Of a DNA stretch of 64,000 bases, positions 10,685-19,818 are shown one piece after another. This DNA is from Alistipes sp. (GTDB lineage: Bacteria; Bacteroidota; Bacteroidia; Bacteroidales; Rikenellaceae). How positions within the stretch are numbered: position 1 is the first letter of the stretch; each line of letters starts with the position of its first letter. The notes below the pieces were generated by a model. The model searched no databases and had not been told where the DNA came from. It saw only the letters and a list, made by a program, of their open reading frames with translations. The stretch spans positions 35,561 to 99,560 of the forward strand of contig JAFNXQ010000020.1 in assembly GCA_017383445.1 (NCBI GenBank), in the 5' to 3' direction. The translations under genes were made by a program, and so were the position numbers.

Positions 10685-11056
10685 ATGCTGAAAATGATGT
10701 TTTTTGCGGGCTTGGGCGGATTTATGGGTACCTGCCTGCGTTTTCTTACGGGCAAGATGTGCCACGCCCTTGCGGTTACTGCCTTTCCGTGGGCTACCTT
10801 TATAGTAAATATGGTGGGCAGTTTTCTTATAGGACTCTTTCTGGCGTTGGCCGAGAAGAGTGGTTTTGTGTCGCCTGCGATGAATGTGTTTCTCGTCACG
10901 GGCTTCTGCGGCGGCCTTACCACCTTTTCGTCGTTTGCCGACGATATCTATCTTATGCTGGAGCAACGCCACTGGCTGCTGTTTGTGCTATATGCGGGCC
11001 TGACCTTTGTTTTTGGATTGATTATGGTCTGCCTCGGCCGCTGGGTGGTGAAATAG
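10685..11056 (+). CDS. crcB: Fluoride channel Fluc/CrcB
   Basis: GGFMGTCLR, FPWATFIVNMVGSF and TGFCGGLTTFSSF; four TM helices; 123 aa. Confidence 0.95.
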   Translation: MLKMMFFAGLGGFMGTCLRFLTGKMCHALAVTAFPWATFIVNMVGSFLIGLFLALAEKSGFVSPAMNVFLVTGFCGGLTTFSSFADDIYLMLEQRHWLLFVLYAGLTFVFGLIMVCLGRWVVK

Positions 11057-11066
11057 GGAGAAAAAC

Positions 11067-11097
11067 AAAGCCCGCCTGACAATCAGGCGGGCTTTTT
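11067..11097. terminator. Bidirectional intrinsic terminator between crcB and the glm operon
   Basis: AAAGCCCGCCTGA-caa-TCAGGCGGGCTTT perfect hairpin flanked by A and T runs. Confidence 0.85.
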
Positions 11098-11119
11098 GTT
11101 ACATAGCGACGGGGCAGAG

Positions 11120-11440
11120 TTAGAACTCTACCTCAAGGCCCATAAGTGGGGCGTGCTGCTGGGCTCCATAGACATCGGTCTCGCCCAACGCACCGCTGGG
11201 GATAGGACGGCAGATGGTAACCTTGACAGCCTTCGCAGGGTCGAAATATACCAGATGAAGAATATCACTCTTGTCGATGCCATACAACTCGCTGAAATTA
11301 TCCTTGTTGATAGCATTCGCAGCCTTCACCTTTCCGTAGGTCTCAAAATCCTTGAAGATAACATCAAAGGTCAATTCGTAAGGACCCGAATTCTTGCTTC
11401 TGATGACAGAGGCAATCTCTATTAACTTATGTTTTGCCAT
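11120..11440 (-). CDS. DUF4387-like small protein
   Basis: IRSKNSGPYELTFD and GETDVYGAQQHAPL motifs, characteristic of the small partner found next to AtuA-like genes. Confidence 0.8.
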   Translation of the reverse strand: MAKHKLIEIASVIRSKNSGPYELTFDVIFKDFETYGKVKAANAINKDNFSELYGIDKSDILHLVYFDPAKAVKVTICRPIPSGALGETDVYGAQQHAPLMGLEVEF

Positions 11441-11458
11441 AGCTTCTCCTTCCTTTGT

Positions 11459-12832
11459 TTAGAACTCCGTATAAGTGATGGGGAATGGAGCACAGGTATC
11501 CTCGATACGCATCAAGTGATACACATTGAACTCATAGACAGCACCCATCTTGCAGTCACTCGGTGAGAATGGGAACGCAAGGTTTCCGGCGGTAGAGATA
11601 CGGCCCTCGTAACCATAGTGCAGCATCGTAGAACGTGCAAAGCCGCAGATGGTGTTGGCCTCCTCCTGTGTGGGTGCCACAGCCTCGATGATAATCAGAA
11701 GCTCGTCACTCTGTGAGTCGGGAGTCTTGGGGAACATATTCATCACACCCTTCTTGCCATAAATCTTGAAGTCGAGGTAGAAGTCCTTCATACCCGAGTT
11801 GCGGAAGTTATCCATAACTCGCTCGCGTACCTTCTCGACAACGGTGTCAATCTGGCTTATCATCACGGGGTCGTGTGTAGCCGCAGGCGACATTGTGCGG
11901 TAGCCCACGCGGCGAACACCCTCCAGCTTGACGAAGTACTCCTCGGTGGGGATAAACTTCGTGCCGCTGACCTCGACCTGTGTGTCACTCAACTGATTGA
12001 ACTTCGTCTCGTGCAAATCCAGAGCACCACCCGGGCCGGGCAGAACATAGGGATTTGACTTCTCGTAAAGCGAGTGAGCAGCAACCGACAGTGCAGTACA
12101 CTTGCGGATGGGGTTCAGAGGCTCGACAACGAAGCTGTCCTCCTTCAAAGTACCCATCATACAGTCGCTACCGCTGCCCGGCAGAGCCGTGATGGCAGCA
12201 CACTCCAAAATCTTACCCATGTGTATCGCCAGAGCCTTGTCGAAGCCTCGACTGATAGCCAATGCCGAGAACTCGCAGGGGTCGTAGCTACGGCCGGCGA
12301 GGATAACCTGTGCACCCTCCTCCAAAGCCTTGATGAAGGGCTCCTCGCCCATCTGTGCCACGATGTGGATAGACTCATCGACATCCTCCTCCTTCAACTC
12401 GGCAACGGGGCCCAGAGGTACGACGTCGCCCTTGCGAATCTTCTCCTTCACGAACTCCTTGTCGAACTCCGACTGGATGACAGCCATCTTGAAGTGGAGC
12501 TTCTGCTCCTCGACAATCTCGCGGATGATGCCTACGGTCTCCTCAACGTGAGGACGGGCACCGCTACCACCCGCCGTACCGATAAGTACGGGGATGCCGG
12601 CCTTCAAGGCTGCGGGAATCATAATAGCAAGGTCACGCTTTACGGCGTTGCGGTCGGTGAACGAATAACCAGCACCCAGATAGTATGGGCCCGGGTCGGT
12701 AGAGCCGGCATCCACAGCAATCACGTCGGGATTGCGACGCATACCCTCGATGAATGACTCCTCGGGGAAGCCATAGCCGAGAATGGCTGTGGGCGACAGC
12801 ACGCGAATCTCTCTCTTATTTTCGTTACTCAT
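11459..12832 (-). CDS. AtuA (acyclic terpene utilization, DUF1446)-family protein
   Basis: LSPTAILGYGF, DAGSTDPGPYYLG, GTAGGSG, IVAQMG, AGRSYDP, HMGKILECA, HSLYEKS. Confidence 0.8.
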   Translation of the reverse strand: MSNENKREIRVLSPTAILGYGFPEESFIEGMRRNPDVIAVDAGSTDPGPYYLGAGYSFTDRNAVKRDLAIMIPAALKAGIPVLIGTAGGSGARPHVEETVGIIREIVEEQKLHFKMAVIQSEFDKEFVKEKIRKGDVVPLGPVAELKEEDVDESIHIVAQMGEEPFIKALEEGAQVILAGRSYDPCEFSALAISRGFDKALAIHMGKILECAAITALPGSGSDCMMGTLKEDSFVVEPLNPIRKCTALSVAAHSLYEKSNPYVLPGPGGALDLHETKFNQLSDTQVEVSGTKFIPTEEYFVKLEGVRRVGYRTMSPAATHDPVMISQIDTVVEKVRERVMDNFRNSGMKDFYLDFKIYGKKGVMNMFPKTPDSQSDELLIIIEAVAPTQEEANTICGFARSTMLHYGYEGRISTAGNLAFPFSPSDCKMGAVYEFNVYHLMRIEDTCAPFPITYTEF

Positions 12833-12852
12833 ACTCTTCTCTCTTTTTAATA

Positions 12853-14091
12853 CTATTTTCTCAATGCGAGGATACGTGACATCTCGTTGAAGACAATCAT
12901 ATAGCCCTCATCTACACCCATACCCGGCTTTGCCAGATACTGCTTGGGATGTGTAGCCATTGCCACGTGAGCACATACCTCTGCCGAACGGTTTGTCTCG
13001 TTGCAGGTACCGCCCAGATATGCACCCATACCATTCTCGCGGCAGTAGAGCACAGCCTCGATAGAGTTGTTGATACCACCCAGGTCGGGAGTCTTGATCT
13101 GTGCCATATGGCCCGCCTTCGCCTTTGTGAAGTCGATGACATCCTCGAAGGTGTTGCACCACTCGTCGGCAACAATCTCGGCATCAGAGCCACGAGCCTC
13201 CAAAGCCTTGCGGATAGCGGCCAGAGCCTCAATCTGTGCCTGCTTCTCGCCCATATCTACGGGACCCTCAACGCGGAGGTGGAAGGGCAGAGCAATCTTT
13301 GCCAGACCTGCGATATACTCGGCGATAGCCTCAAAGTCGTTGTTGAACACAAGGCCCAGCGTACCATATACGTCGATATGGAAGATAGGGTTGTAGTTCT
13401 CGAAAGGCTTCTTCTCGATTACGCGGTTACGCAACCACTCGATATATGCCTCAATCTTCTCGCCCTTCAAGCCAACCTTCTCCTCAACGTGGTTGAACAG
13501 GGCGTGTGGCAATACGGCAGCACCCTTCATAATCATCTTGTCGGCGTTCATATAGCGGTCGTCGCCCGACTGTGTGAAGATAGGAATCATCTCACCGCTT
13601 ACCTCGGTGCCATACTCCGCAGCGATAACCTCGGCCATCAGCTTGTGCTGGCTCTTGGCAACAGCGTCGAGGCAGGCTTGAGTCACGCCGTAACGGATAG
13701 CGGTGTGATATACCTTGCCCGTAGAGGGTGATACCATCTTATCTACAATGTCGGCCATCTCGCGGAACGAGGTGATGTCGCGACCCTCATACAAGGGGGC
13801 AATCTCCTTCTCGATAACGGGGATGAAGTTCTCGGCCAGGAACAAGGGGTCACGACCACCTGCACCCGAATACTGCACAGCAGCACAGTCGCCAAAGGCA
13901 ACCTGACCATCCTCCAATACGAACATCACCGAGATAGACTCGCCCATCTGGCGAACAGATGTGAAGCCCTCGGTCACAGGCTCGCCGACATAAAAGTTAC
14001 CGTCGTTCTTTGCACCTGCCTTGATAGCCTTCTGGTCATCGAAGAAAAAGCCTGTCTTACCGGCAGAGCAAACTACTTTTTTAATCTTCAT
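12853..14091 (-). CDS. mal: Methylaspartate ammonia-lyase (start at ATG 14091, 412 aa)
   Basis: GFFFDDQKAIK, GDCAAVQYSGAGGRDP, HTAIRYG, QSGDDR, LPHAL, ADEWCN, QIKTPDLG, GGTCNET, KPGMGVDEG. Confidence 0.97.
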   Translation of the reverse strand: MKIKKVVCSAGKTGFFFDDQKAIKAGAKNDGNFYVGEPVTEGFTSVRQMGESISVMFVLEDGQVAFGDCAAVQYSGAGGRDPLFLAENFIPVIEKEIAPLYEGRDITSFREMADIVDKMVSPSTGKVYHTAIRYGVTQACLDAVAKSQHKLMAEVIAAEYGTEVSGEMIPIFTQSGDDRYMNADKMIMKGAAVLPHALFNHVEEKVGLKGEKIEAYIEWLRNRVIEKKPFENYNPIFHIDVYGTLGLVFNNDFEAIAEYIAGLAKIALPFHLRVEGPVDMGEKQAQIEALAAIRKALEARGSDAEIVADEWCNTFEDVIDFTKAKAGHMAQIKTPDLGGINNSIEAVLYCRENGMGAYLGGTCNETNRSAEVCAHVAMATHPKQYLAKPGMGVDEGYMIVFNEMSRILALRK

Positions 14092-14125
14092 AATATGCAA
14101 TATTTTTTTGATTTAATACTCTCCA

Positions 14126-15586
14126 TTACAACTTGGGACGACCCACAAGCACACCCTTCTCGATAGCACTCACGTCGTCGATAACCATCTGCAACGACAC
14201 CTCACGCTTCTCCTGACGGGCTCTCTCCTCGAACTTCGCACGGTGGAAGTCACGCAGGTCGCTGCTGAATGGCAGGTTGCCCATCTCCAGAATACGGATA
14301 GCACCGTCGTTGTCGCGTGCCGGCAACACCTTGCCTGCGTTGAAGCGGTTGGGAGCAAACGGTATATCGAGGATGCCGGCCTCAAAGGCAGCCACAGTAC
14401 CCACTGCGATATCGCCATTGCCCAATACCTCGACTCTGTCCATAATGCAACGCACCTCCGACTCGATAATCTGGCTCTCCATAACAACCAGCGGAATCTC
14501 TCGCAAATCCTGGTCGCGAAGCATCGAGATAACCTGCTTTGTGGCACGCAGACCGCACGCATTGGCCTCCTTGGTAGGCACGCCGTAAGCCTCGTGCGGA
14601 GTCTTTACGATAACCTTCGTAGCCTTCGACAACGCTGCGGCAGCCGAACCCCACGAGATAACACCAAACGCCTTTGACTCGTCCTGCGGGAAGCCACCCA
14701 TCCACTGGTGGAATACGGTTGTCACGCGTACATCGTCGTAGCCGTACTTGTGGAGATACTCGCGTGTGAGCTTCGCCAGCGAACGCATAGCGGCAACATC
14801 CTGAATAAGGTTACCGCACTGACCATAACCTACCGTCACATCCTTCACACCCTGTGCTGCTGCGAGCAGGGTCTCGATGATAGCCACCGAGTTAGAGATA
14901 CAGGGTGGAATAAGCGTACCTGTCAGGGGACCAAACGGCTCGCGGTTGATGCTTACGCCTGCCTCCTCGTACATACCCACCAGACGGTCGGTGTACTGCC
15001 AGTACTTGATGGTCTGCTCGATAGAGTGGTTCTTCGAGTAGGGGATGTTGTATGATATACCGCCACCCTCATACGATGTGAAACCTCCGGCGATGGCAAT
15101 CTCGGTCAGAAGACGAGCATCGGGCGTACCGTGACGCACCTGCACAGGATTCTTCAATGCCGATGTAACCATACGGCACACCTTGGCACCATAGTTCACT
15201 GCGGGGAAGCCGTTAAGCATCGAACGGCCCGAAGCCTGACTCTTCTCGATACCCACCTGACACTCGTTGTAACGGTTCAGACGTGTGTAGCTGTCGATGG
15301 TTGTGGGCAACAGGTCGGCACCACCCTCATTCTCCAGGTATTGCAGCAACTCAATCTGCTCCTGGTAGAGAGCCACACCGGCACGGGGCTGAACGAGGGT
15401 TATACCCTCCTTGTCGGCATTGGCCAGCTTCTCGCCAAAACGCTTGCTCTTGTCAATAGAGAGCTGATACTCTACAGCCTCCTTAAAATCAACTTCCTTA
15501 CCCGTAGGCCACTGCTGCAGCACCTCGGCACGTTCTTTCATAAAGACGTCATCAGGAATCCTTTGGTTTTTTAATTCTCTATCCAT
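14126..15586 (-). CDS. glmE: Glutamate mutase epsilon (large) subunit
   Basis: [60 protein letters not shown]. Confidence 0.97.
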   Translation of the reverse strand: MDRELKNQRIPDDVFMKERAEVLQQWPTGKEVDFKEAVEYQLSIDKSKRFGEKLANADKEGITLVQPRAGVALYQEQIELLQYLENEGGADLLPTTIDSYTRLNRYNECQVGIEKSQASGRSMLNGFPAVNYGAKVCRMVTSALKNPVQVRHGTPDARLLTEIAIAGGFTSYEGGGISYNIPYSKNHSIEQTIKYWQYTDRLVGMYEEAGVSINREPFGPLTGTLIPPCISNSVAIIETLLAAAQGVKDVTVGYGQCGNLIQDVAAMRSLAKLTREYLHKYGYDDVRVTTVFHQWMGGFPQDESKAFGVISWGSAAAALSKATKVIVKTPHEAYGVPTKEANACGLRATKQVISMLRDQDLREIPLVVMESQIIESEVRCIMDRVEVLGNGDIAVGTVAAFEAGILDIPFAPNRFNAGKVLPARDNDGAIRILEMGNLPFSSDLRDFHRAKFEERARQEKREVSLQMVIDDVSAIEKGVLVGRPKL

Positions 15587-15648
15587 ATCTATTTAAGTTT
15601 AACGTATTTTCTACATTTTTATCTTCGCTATATCCGACTCTTTTTCGG

Positions 15649-17046
15649 TTAGCCAATCTTCTTGGTCTCACGCAGCAACAGCTCACACGCCAGTTCCTCG
15701 TCCACCATACGCAGAAGTCCCATCGCAGCAAATATATATCGGCTGTCGAGGTAGAACTTCGGGTTGCGGGGGCGGGTTGATTCGGGCTGCATAACATTGT
15801 AAAGCGAGCCTTTGAGAATCTCCTCGGGGTGGCGGCTGTTGCGGAGTACGCCTCCTATGCCCACCACGGCAGGGATATCCATCAAATCCTTGCCCTCCAA
15901 CGTGTGCATCAGTCCCAGCGGAGTATATACATCGGCTATGCGGCCACAATGGCGTTCCACAGCCAACGCTACGGCCGAACGACCGAGAAACTCCTCAATC
16001 TTCTCCTCCTCCGAGTCGGGCTGTGCCAGGGTGTCGGGCTGCGAAGAGCATCTCTCGACCCACTCGCCCACACGCTTCATCTGCTCCTCATATTGCGGGA
16101 AACCCCTCTCGGGCAGCTGCTCAAAGACGTGCGTGAGGCTGTAACGCATACCCAGGTCGCCCTCGACGGTACGCTTGGCCCACGGCTCCGGCAGACCTTT
16201 CAGCATGGTGTTGTCCACCGTAGGTGTGCCCGCCGCCATCGAATATACGTCAGTCGTAGCACCGCCTATGTCTATGGCGAGCAGGTCGCCATAGCCCTGT
16301 TGTGTGGCTGTTCCGCGGCTCAGCAACTCGCAGGCCTGCAATACGGCCAGCGGCGTGGGGATAATCTTGTGGGGTGTCATCGCTTGCAGACGATTCAGAC
16401 CCTTGGCCTCGATGATGCGGGCGATGAAGAGCTGTCGGATGGCGTCGCGTGCCGGCTCGATGTTCAGCTTGTTGAACTGCGGCATAACATTCTCGGTGAT
16501 GACCACATCCTTGTGGGCCTCCTCAAAGATGGCACGAATCTCATCCGTTGCACTCTTGTTGCCTGCCACGATGGTAGTGAAGGGGCGGTCTATCGCTACC
16601 AGACGCCTTGCGTTGGCCACGATGACCTCTCTGTTGCCACCATCCGTACCGCCACACAACAGCACAAGGTCGGGGTTGATGTCGAAAATCTCCTGCTGCT
16701 CGCTGCCGCTTATCTCGTAAGCGTAGGTCTTGACCACCTTTGCTCCGGCATTCGAGGCTGCCGTGCGGGCTGCCTTTGCCGTGAGGTCGGGGACCAGACC
16801 CAGAGCCACCATCTTCAAACCTCCCGCTGCCGACGAGCATACCAGCATCTGGTCGTACCCGAAGTTGGCACAGGGGTTGTCGGGGCGTGCCTCTGTCAGC
16901 TCCTGCCAGGCACGTTCGAAGCCCTGCATCACATCACTCTCGATGGTTGTGAAGGCCTGTGCCGTGCCGAGAATCTCCCTCGTTGTTGCGTCGATAGCGG
17001 TCAGCTTGGTATAGGTGCTGCCTACATCAACGGTTAGAAATTTCAT
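15649..17046 (-). CDS. glmL: Glutamate mutase accessory/reactivating ATPase (GlmL/MutL)
   Basis: DVGSTYTK, CSSAAGGL, GGTDGGN, PTP.AV, DIGGATTDVYS, RTVEGDLGMR (ASKHA fold). Confidence 0.93.
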   Translation of the reverse strand: MKFLTVDVGSTYTKLTAIDATTREILGTAQAFTTIESDVMQGFERAWQELTEARPDNPCANFGYDQMLVCSSAAGGLKMVALGLVPDLTAKAARTAASNAGAKVVKTYAYEISGSEQQEIFDINPDLVLLCGGTDGGNREVIVANARRLVAIDRPFTTIVAGNKSATDEIRAIFEEAHKDVVITENVMPQFNKLNIEPARDAIRQLFIARIIEAKGLNRLQAMTPHKIIPTPLAVLQACELLSRGTATQQGYGDLLAIDIGGATTDVYSMAAGTPTVDNTMLKGLPEPWAKRTVEGDLGMRYSLTHVFEQLPERGFPQYEEQMKRVGEWVERCSSQPDTLAQPDSEEEKIEEFLGRSAVALAVERHCGRIADVYTPLGLMHTLEGKDLMDIPAVVGIGGVLRNSRHPEEILKGSLYNVMQPESTRPRNPKFYLDSRYIFAAMGLLRMVDEELACELLLRETKKIG

Positions 17047-17061
17047 AGTCAGTGAGTGTTG

Positions 17062-17475
17062 TTACTCCAAACCCAAGTGCTTCTTCAGGTCGCCGATAGT
17101 CTCCTCGATAGGTGTGCTGGGGGCATATACATAGTCGAAGCCCATAGAGAGGAATCTCTCCTTCACATCCTCGAAATTCTGCTTACCCACAACGAGGTTA
17201 CCACCCACAAAGAGAGGCATATTTTTCAGACCCGCCTCGTCGCACTTCTGGCGAAGACCCATACAATCAATCTCGCCGTGTCCGTAGAGTGACGAAACCA
17301 GAATAGCATCGGCTGAGGTCTCGACAGCAGCGTCGATAAACTCCTCTTGCGATACCATCACGCCAAGGTTCACGACATTGAAGCCGTGATTGCAGAGTGT
17401 CAAATCGATAATCTTATTGCCAACGGCGTGAGCATCGGCACCAATAACTCCAATAACAACTGTTTTTTTCTCCAT
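17062..17475 (-). CDS. glmS: Glutamate mutase sigma (B12-binding) subunit
   Basis: DxHxxG motif (GADAHAVG), [15 protein letters not shown]; 137 aa. Confidence 0.97.
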   Translation of the reverse strand: MEKKTVVIGVIGADAHAVGNKIIDLTLCNHGFNVVNLGVMVSQEEFIDAAVETSADAILVSSLYGHGEIDCMGLRQKCDEAGLKNMPLFVGGNLVVGKQNFEDVKERFLSMGFDYVYAPSTPIEETIGDLKKHLGLE

Positions 17476-17501
17476 ATTTGAAAGATGTTATAACATTATT
17501 A

Positions 17502-17509
17502 CAAAGTTA
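17502..17509 (-). promoter_or_regulatory. Bacteroidota -7 promoter box for the glm operon
   Basis: TAACTTTG on the minus strand matches TAnnTTTG, just upstream of glmS. Confidence 0.6.
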
Positions 17510-17604
17510 TGTTTTTTTTCAGAAAGGTGTAACCAAAAAGTGCTTTTTTCTTCGAAAAATCATAAAAGAGCCGAAAAAAGTAGCATCATGTCGGAGATAT
17601 TTCC

Positions 17605-17612
17605 TATATTTG
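17605..17612 (+). promoter_or_regulatory. Bacteroidota -7 promoter box for the fumarase gene
   Basis: TATATTTG, 45 bp upstream of ATG 17657. Confidence 0.6.
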
Positions 17613-17656
17613 TGTGTTTTGAAGTGCCAAAATCAAAAATCAAACATAAAAAAACT

Positions 17657-19300
17657 ATGGCAGGAGTTCCCGAATTTAAGTATGCCCCGATGTTCCAGAC
17701 GGGCAAAGATGAGACCGAATACTATTTGCTCACAAAAGAGGGCGTATCGGTCAGCGAGTTTAACGGCAAGGAGGTGCTTATGGTGTCACAGGAGGCCCTC
17801 ACACGCCTCACACAGCAGGCCTTCCACGATGTGTCGTTCAATATGCGTCGTACGCACAACGCACAGGTCGCCAAGATTTTAAGCGACCCCGAGTCGTCTG
17901 ACAACGACAAGTATGTAGCACTCTCGATGCTTCGCAATGCCGAGGTGGCGAGCAAGGGCCAGCTGCCCATCTGTCAGGATACGGGTACGGCTATCATTCA
18001 CGGCGAGAAGGGTCAGCGTGTATGGACCGACTTCTGCGACGAGGAGGCTCTCTCACGCGGTGTCTATAATGTCTATACCGAGGAGAACCTGCGTTACTCG
18101 CAGAATGCTCCGCTGACAATGTACGAGGAGGTCAATACACGTTGCAACCTGCCCGCACAGATTGATATCGAGGCTACCGAGGGTATGGAGTATAAGTTCC
18201 TCTTCATCGCCAAGGGTGGCGGCTCGGCCAACAAGACCTATCTCTATCAGGAGACCAAGGCTCTGCTCAACCCCGAGAAGCTGATTCCCTTCTGTGTCGA
18301 GAAGATTAAGTCGCTGGGTACGGCGGCGTGTCCTCCCTACCATATCGCCTTTGTTGTGGGTGGTACGAGTGTTGAACGCAACCTGCTGACCGTAAAGCTG
18401 GCATCTACCCACTTCTACGATAACCTCCCCATCACAGGCGACGAGACAGGCCGTGCCTTCCGCGATGTGGAGCTGGAGAAGATTCTCACCGAGGAGGCTC
18501 ACCGCATAGGTCTGGGAGCACAATTCGGCGGCAAATATATCTGCCACGACATCCGCGTCATCCGTCTGCCCCGTCACGGTGGCTCTTGCCCCGTGGGTAT
18601 GGGTGTCAGCTGCTCGGCCGACCGCAATATCAAGGCGAAGATTAACAAGGATGGTCTTTGGATTGAGAAGATGGATACCAAGCCCTATGAGCTTATCCCC
18701 GAGGCTCTGCGTCAGGCGGGCGAGGGTGATGCCGTGAAGATTGACCTCGACCAGCCTATCCGCGAGGTGTGCAAGGAGCTCTCGAAGTATCCCGTAGCTA
18801 CACGCGTGAGCCTGAGTGGTACTATCATCGTGGCACGCGATATTGCTCACGCCAAGTTGAAGGCCCGTCAGGATGCAGGCGAGGGTCTGCCCGAATATTT
18901 CAAGAACCACCCCGTATATTATGCCGGTCCGGCAAAGACCCCTGCGGGTATGCCTTGCGGCTCTATGGGCCCCACTACGGCACAGCGTATGGATCCCTAT
19001 GTCGATGCTTTCCAGGCAGAGGGTGGCTCACTCATTATGATTGCCAAGGGTAACCGTTCACAGCAGGTTACCGACGCTTGTCAGAAGCACGGCGGCTTCT
19101 ACCTCGGCTCTATCGGAGGCCCTGCGGCGTTGCTGGCACAGGAGAATATCAAGGATATCGAGTGTGTTGAGTATCCCGAGCTGGGTATGGAGGCTGTATG
19201 GAAGATTAGGGTTGAGGACTTCCCCGCCTTTATTCTTGTTGATGACAAGGGCAACGACTTCTTCAAGCAGTTGAAGCCGTGGACACCCTGCTGCAAGTAG
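17657..19300 (+). CDS. Class I Fe-S fumarate hydratase, possibly a mesaconase (start at ATG 17657)
   Basis: [53 protein letters not shown]. Confidence 0.93.
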   Translation: MAGVPEFKYAPMFQTGKDETEYYLLTKEGVSVSEFNGKEVLMVSQEALTRLTQQAFHDVSFNMRRTHNAQVAKILSDPESSDNDKYVALSMLRNAEVASKGQLPICQDTGTAIIHGEKGQRVWTDFCDEEALSRGVYNVYTEENLRYSQNAPLTMYEEVNTRCNLPAQIDIEATEGMEYKFLFIAKGGGSANKTYLYQETKALLNPEKLIPFCVEKIKSLGTAACPPYHIAFVVGGTSVERNLLTVKLASTHFYDNLPITGDETGRAFRDVELEKILTEEAHRIGLGAQFGGKYICHDIRVIRLPRHGGSCPVGMGVSCSADRNIKAKINKDGLWIEKMDTKPYELIPEALRQAGEGDAVKIDLDQPIREVCKELSKYPVATRVSLSGTIIVARDIAHAKLKARQDAGEGLPEYFKNHPVYYAGPAKTPAGMPCGSMGPTTAQRMDPYVDAFQAEGGSLIMIAKGNRSQQVTDACQKHGGFYLGSIGGPAALLAQENIKDIECVEYPELGMEAVWKIRVEDFPAFILVDDKGNDFFKQLKPWTPCCK

Positions 19301-19320
19301 AAGGGCAGTTCTGAGTAGTT

Positions 19321-19353
19321 AAAAGAGCAGAAGTTTTTCCTGCTCTTTTTTTT
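19321..19353 (+). terminator. Intrinsic terminator after the fumarase gene
   Basis: AAAAGAGCAG...CTGCTCTTTT followed by a T run. A second hairpin at about 19358-19410 probably serves hpf. Confidence 0.7.
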
Positions 19354-19426
19354 GTTTTCTCCCACAAAAAAATCCGCCACTCGAAGGTGACGGACTTTTT
19401 TGTGTGGAGATACTCTCCTTTGAAGA

Positions 19427-19714
19427 TTACTTATCCTTGCGGCGTTCAATCTGACGCTTCAAAATATCCATTACGTTGTCGATAGCCTCCTCAAAGGTGC
19501 GAGCCTGCTCCTCTACGCGGATATCTCCGCCGGGAACTCGCAGAGTAACAACTGCTATCTTGTTACCGTGCTCATCATCCTTGTCGAGTTTCAACACAAC
19601 ATCCACTCCCGTAGCATTCTCTGCCACGCGGTCCAACTTGGCTAATTTTTTCTCGATGAATTCCACCAACTTCGAGCTGGCATCGAATTTCACTGACTGA
19701 ATCTGTACGTTCAT
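19427..19714 (-). CDS. hpf: Ribosome hibernation factor HPF/RaiA
   Basis: MNVQIQSVKFDA..KL..FIEKKL.KL and TFEEAID...LKRQI; 95 aa; next to xerC as usual in Bacteroidota. Confidence 0.9.
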   Translation of the reverse strand: MNVQIQSVKFDASSKLVEFIEKKLAKLDRVAENATGVDVVLKLDKDDEHGNKIAVVTLRVPGGDIRVEEQARTFEEAIDNVMDILKRQIERRKDK

Positions 19715-19818
19715 AGCCTTAAAATTTTAGAATTAAACACTATAATAGTAGGCCTGCGGCCTTGTCCTAAATCCGTTTTGCCTCCGCTTCTTCGCTTGGC
19801 TAAACTTGCTGAATATCA

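Noticed and set aside
10547-10972. 242-aa version of UreA in the ORF track
   Set aside because: The extension is antisense to crcB. UreA homology starts at ATG 10546, just downstream of the sigma54 motif.
15829-17037. Long antisense ORFs, such as 402 aa opposite glmL and 446 aa opposite the FAD oxidoreductase
   Set aside because: These are shadow frames caused by codon bias of the real genes. They have no recognisable motifs.
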